NCBI GenBank assembly: GCA_021108215.1
Contig: JAIORK010000036.1
Coordinates: forward strand, 22,948-86,947
DNA from: a bacterium
GTDB lineage: Bacteria; Oederibacteriota; JAAXVQ01; JAUVAV01
DNA: 64,000 bases
Direction of reading: 5' to 3'
Part shown: positions 61,193-64,000 of the stretch, piece after piece
Position numbering within the stretch: the stretch's first letter is position 1
How the letters are laid out: each line of letters opens with the position of its first letter
Position numbers and translations under genes: made by a program
The notes under the pieces: model-generated
The model's input: only the letters and a program-made list of their open reading frames with translations
Databases searched by the model: none
What the model was told of the DNA's origin: nothing

Positions 61193-61473
61193 AAAGCTTC
61201 CGTTTGCCGCCCTTAATCAAACACCACGCCCGGATCGTTCGAACGTGGTGTGGAGATTGTGCCAAGTATTTGTTTTATTCAGACGAGAAACAAAAAAAAC
61301 CGGATGATTCACCGTAAATGCTGCTTGACGAATCGATTTGCTTTATCCAATAATACCGTTTCATCTGAATAAAACAAACACTTGGCACAATCCATTAAAT
61401 TATTTTAATCCCCGGCGTAAGCCCCGACTGAAAAAATACCGTTCTTTGGAACGCTGTCACAGCCTGTGAATTT

Positions 61474-62988
61474 TTATCTGCCATGCAGCAACAAAATATT
61501 AATCGCGTCTTTGGCGCGCTCCACCTGAAGATCTCCCTCCAGCTTGATTTTTCTGGCCGCCTTTACGCCTTTTACTTTCCTTACAATTTCCTGACGAACA
61601 CGGTTGAGAATAAAGTGAAGGTCCTCGTTGAGCTGCGCCTTATTGATCTCAATGTGTTCATCCTTAAGCCATTTCTGAAAAGCATTTTTGAGTTTTTCAT
61701 CCCTGGTTTTGGGTTTCAATTTTTTCCAGGAGCTTTCAGATACTTTAACATTTTCATGCTCTTTCTCTTCCGCCGACTCGCCTTTGGGATGCAGTTTTAA
61801 ATAATGCATGGTAAATTCCTCAAAAGCCCGTGCCTTGATGAGCGAGACCATAAACTCATTGGGCCGGTAGGGTTCAACCGTCATATCCGGTGCAATCCCA
61901 TTGCCATGGATCATCTGTCCTTTGGGAGTTAGATACCGCGCCGTGGTCATGCGCAATGCCGAACCGTCACCCAACGGTACGATGGTCTGAACCGATCCTT
62001 TGCCGAACGAATTTTCTCCCACAATAACGCCGAGATTCCAGTCTTGAATGGCGCCGGCCACGATCTCCGAAGCGGATGCCGACCCGCGGTTTACCAGGAC
62101 AGCCAAGGGAATGTCCTTAAAAGGACGCATGGTTGAGGAGAAAAAACGGATATTCTGGGATTTATGCCGGCCTTCGGTGTACACAATCAATTTCCCCTGG
62201 GGCACAAAATATTCGGCAATCTCGGCCGCCATGTTAAGCAATCCGCCGGGATTATTACGCAGATCAAGAATAAGGCCTTTCATGCCATTGTTTTCCAATG
62301 TCCGCAGCGCTTTGTTGAAATCATCGCCGGTCCGTTCCATAAACTCAGTAAGCCGAATATACCCAATTTCGCCTTCCAGCATTTCATGCCGGATTGACTG
62401 AATTTTAATCGTATCACGAATGATGGCGACATCAATCCAATCTTCTTCTCCCCGGCGGCGGACGGTCAATTCACATTTGGTGCCTTTTAAACCGCGCATT
62501 TTATGCACCGCATCCATAATCGTGATGCCTTCCGTGCTCTCATCATCAATTTTCATAATCTCATCACCCGGTTGCAGACCCGCCCGGTAGGCCGGTGTAC
62601 CGTCAATCGGGGTGACAATGGTCAACTGATTGTTGCGAACGGAAATCTCTATGCCTAGACCGCCGAAGCTCCCCTTGGTATCCTGACGCATATCTTTGTA
62701 GCTCTGCGGGTCCATAAACTGGCTGTAAGGGTCCAGCTCAGCCACCATGCCTTTGATTGCGCCGTAGACCAGATCTTTCTGGTTTATTTTTTCCACATCA
62801 ACATAATTATTTTTAATCAGGGACATGGACTGAATCAGCGGGCGCAGACTTTCATAGCTGTCTTCCGACAGGCTGATATCCTCGCTGGTAGACCGGGATG
62901 CGCCGGAAAGCCAGCCCCCGAAAAATCCAAAAAGACTGAGTGATAATACCGTTGTGGTAATCCAAAGGGTTTTCTTTAAATTCATCAT
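61474..62988 (-). CDS. ctpA: S41A carboxyl-terminal processing protease (PDZ domain)
   Basis: The PDZ region (GLQPGDEIMKIDDES) is followed by the S41 catalytic Ser/Lys region (GSASASEIVAGA ... TPKG). Confidence 0.85.
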   Translation of the reverse strand: MMNLKKTLWITTTVLSLSLFGFFGGWLSGASRSTSEDISLSEDSYESLRPLIQSMSLIKNNYVDVEKINQKDLVYGAIKGMVAELDPYSQFMDPQSYKDMRQDTKGSFGGLGIEISVRNNQLTIVTPIDGTPAYRAGLQPGDEIMKIDDESTEGITIMDAVHKMRGLKGTKCELTVRRRGEEDWIDVAIIRDTIKIQSIRHEMLEGEIGYIRLTEFMERTGDDFNKALRTLENNGMKGLILDLRNNPGGLLNMAAEIAEYFVPQGKLIVYTEGRHKSQNIRFFSSTMRPFKDIPLAVLVNRGSASASEIVAGAIQDWNLGVIVGENSFGKGSVQTIVPLGDGSALRMTTARYLTPKGQMIHGNGIAPDMTVEPYRPNEFMVSLIKARAFEEFTMHYLKLHPKGESAEEKEHENVKVSESSWKKLKPKTRDEKLKNAFQKWLKDEHIEINKAQLNEDLHFILNRVRQEIVRKVKGVKAARKIKLEGDLQVERAKDAINILLLHGR

Positions 62989-63099
62989 GTAAAACTGCCT
63001 CCTGAAAATTATCCGACTGATAAAAGAATCCGTACCGCTTAACTATCGAATTACTCAAAAAAAACCAAGGTTTTTCAACAGCGATTCAAAAAAACGCCA

Positions 63100-64000
63100 C
63101 TATTTTTCAAGCCAACTTGAGGGATTCAGCGCTTTGCCCCGTTTTCTGATTTCAAAATACAAGACTGGCCCTTTCCAGGTACCGGATTCACCAAGCGTCC
63201 CGATGGCCTGTCCTTCCTTGACCGTATCGCCTTCATTCACCAGGATTTTCCGAAGATGGGCATAGACGGTATTGTAGCCGCCGCCATGATCAAGAATAAT
63301 CATTCGTCCAAAACCTTCAAACCATTCGGCAAAAAGCACCTGACCCTGGCCAACGGAAATCACATTTTGACCGATAGACCCTTTGATGTCAATTCCTTTA
63401 TTATAGATATATGTATTAAAACGCGGATGGCGTGATTTACCAAATTTTGTGACGACTCTTCCCCGTGTCGGCCAGGATAAAGTGCTTTTTCTTTTGGCAA
63501 ACAGCTTGCCATATTGGGCAATACGCTTCTGAATCCTGGACGCCCGCTTTTTCAGCATCGTAATCAATCGGTTTAATTTTTTAGAAGCAGCATCCAATTC
63601 ACGAGCAGCTTTTTCATGCTGGCCCCGCTCCCGGCGGACACCTTTTAAGATTTTTTCCCGTGTATGCTTGTGCTGTTTTATTTTCCCCAGCGTCCGGCGC
63701 GAGGCCGTTTCCATTTCTTCACTTTTTTGTTCCTCGCGTATAAGCTGCCGGGTCCGTTCCAGCAGCATTTTCCGCTCCAGATTCAACCGCTCAACCACAT
63801 AAGCATTTTGCGCGGCAACAACATGAAAAAATTTCATACGGCTCAATGCCTGCGTCATGGTCTGGGAGGTCGCCAGCACCCGCCAGATACCGCTCTGGCG
63901 TTCCCGGTAGATCATCCGCAGCCGCGCAGCCAAAAACTGCTGCATGCGCTTGATTTCCGATTCTGTTTGCGTAATCTGCGTTCGAATATCTATAACTCGG
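63100..64000 (-). CDS. M23 peptidase with an N-terminal coiled coil (EnvC-like); 5' end beyond the window
   Basis: The LytM domain is GIDIKGSIGQNV ... GGGYNTVYAHL. The frame stays open upstream of the ORF-track ATG to the window edge. Confidence 0.75.
   Translation of the reverse strand, partial: RVIDIRTQITQTESEIKRMQQFLAARLRMIYRERQSGIWRVLATSQTMTQALSRMKFFHVVAAQNAYVVERLNLERKMLLERTRQLIREEQKSEEMETASRRTLGKIKQHKHTREKILKGVRRERGQHEKAARELDAASKKLNRLITMLKKRASRIQKRIAQYGKLFAKRKSTLSWPTRGRVVTKFGKSRHPRFNTYIYNKGIDIKGSIGQNVISVGQGQVLFAEWFEGFGRMIILDHGGGYNTVYAHLRKILVNEGDTVKEGQAIGTLGESGTWKGPVLYFEIRKRGKALNPSSWLEK

Overview
This is a 64-kb chromosomal segment from a bacterium with about 48% GC. The large secreted beta-helix protein carries a T9SS-type C-terminal sorting domain, which suggests the organism belongs to the FCB group or a related lineage. 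Most of the window is housekeeping: htpG, metE behind a cobalamin riboswitch, two cspA-type cold-shock genes, gltX beside tRNA-Gln(CUG) and tRNA-Glu(CUC), a parA-parB cluster with a bactofilin, an M23 peptidase and a response regulator, comM/yifB, dnaE, yjbQ, guaA, guaB, groES-groEL with a CIRCE operator, an ftsH-family protease, spoVS, rsmI, nadE, dusB, tsaD and ctpA. Three accessory patches are interleaved with these. The first is an AT-rich island of about 6 kb (17.5-23.6 kb) abutting the 3' end of tRNA-Glu. It is flanked by an 11-bp repeat of the tRNA end and has no integrase. It carries an uncharacterised two-gene cassette (a 777-aa polytopic membrane protein and a 240-aa protein), XRE regulators, a RelE/HigA-like toxin-antitoxin pair and a four-helix-bundle protein. 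The second is a three-gene operon: an HTH-Panacea (SocA-like) antitoxin, a RelE/ParE toxin and an unknown 181-aa protein. The third is an operon of an AbiEii-family nucleotidyltransferase translationally coupled to a 1280-aa HTH-containing protein of unknown function. A 13-bp perfect palindrome lies upstream of it and a mazEF pair follows it. This third operon is my best candidate for an undescribed defence or abortive-infection system. The window also holds several families of short dispersed or tandem repeats. These include 239-bp tandem units containing truncated tRNA-Glu copies, an 8-bp microsatellite, and a duplicated fragment of the T9SS sorting-domain gene.
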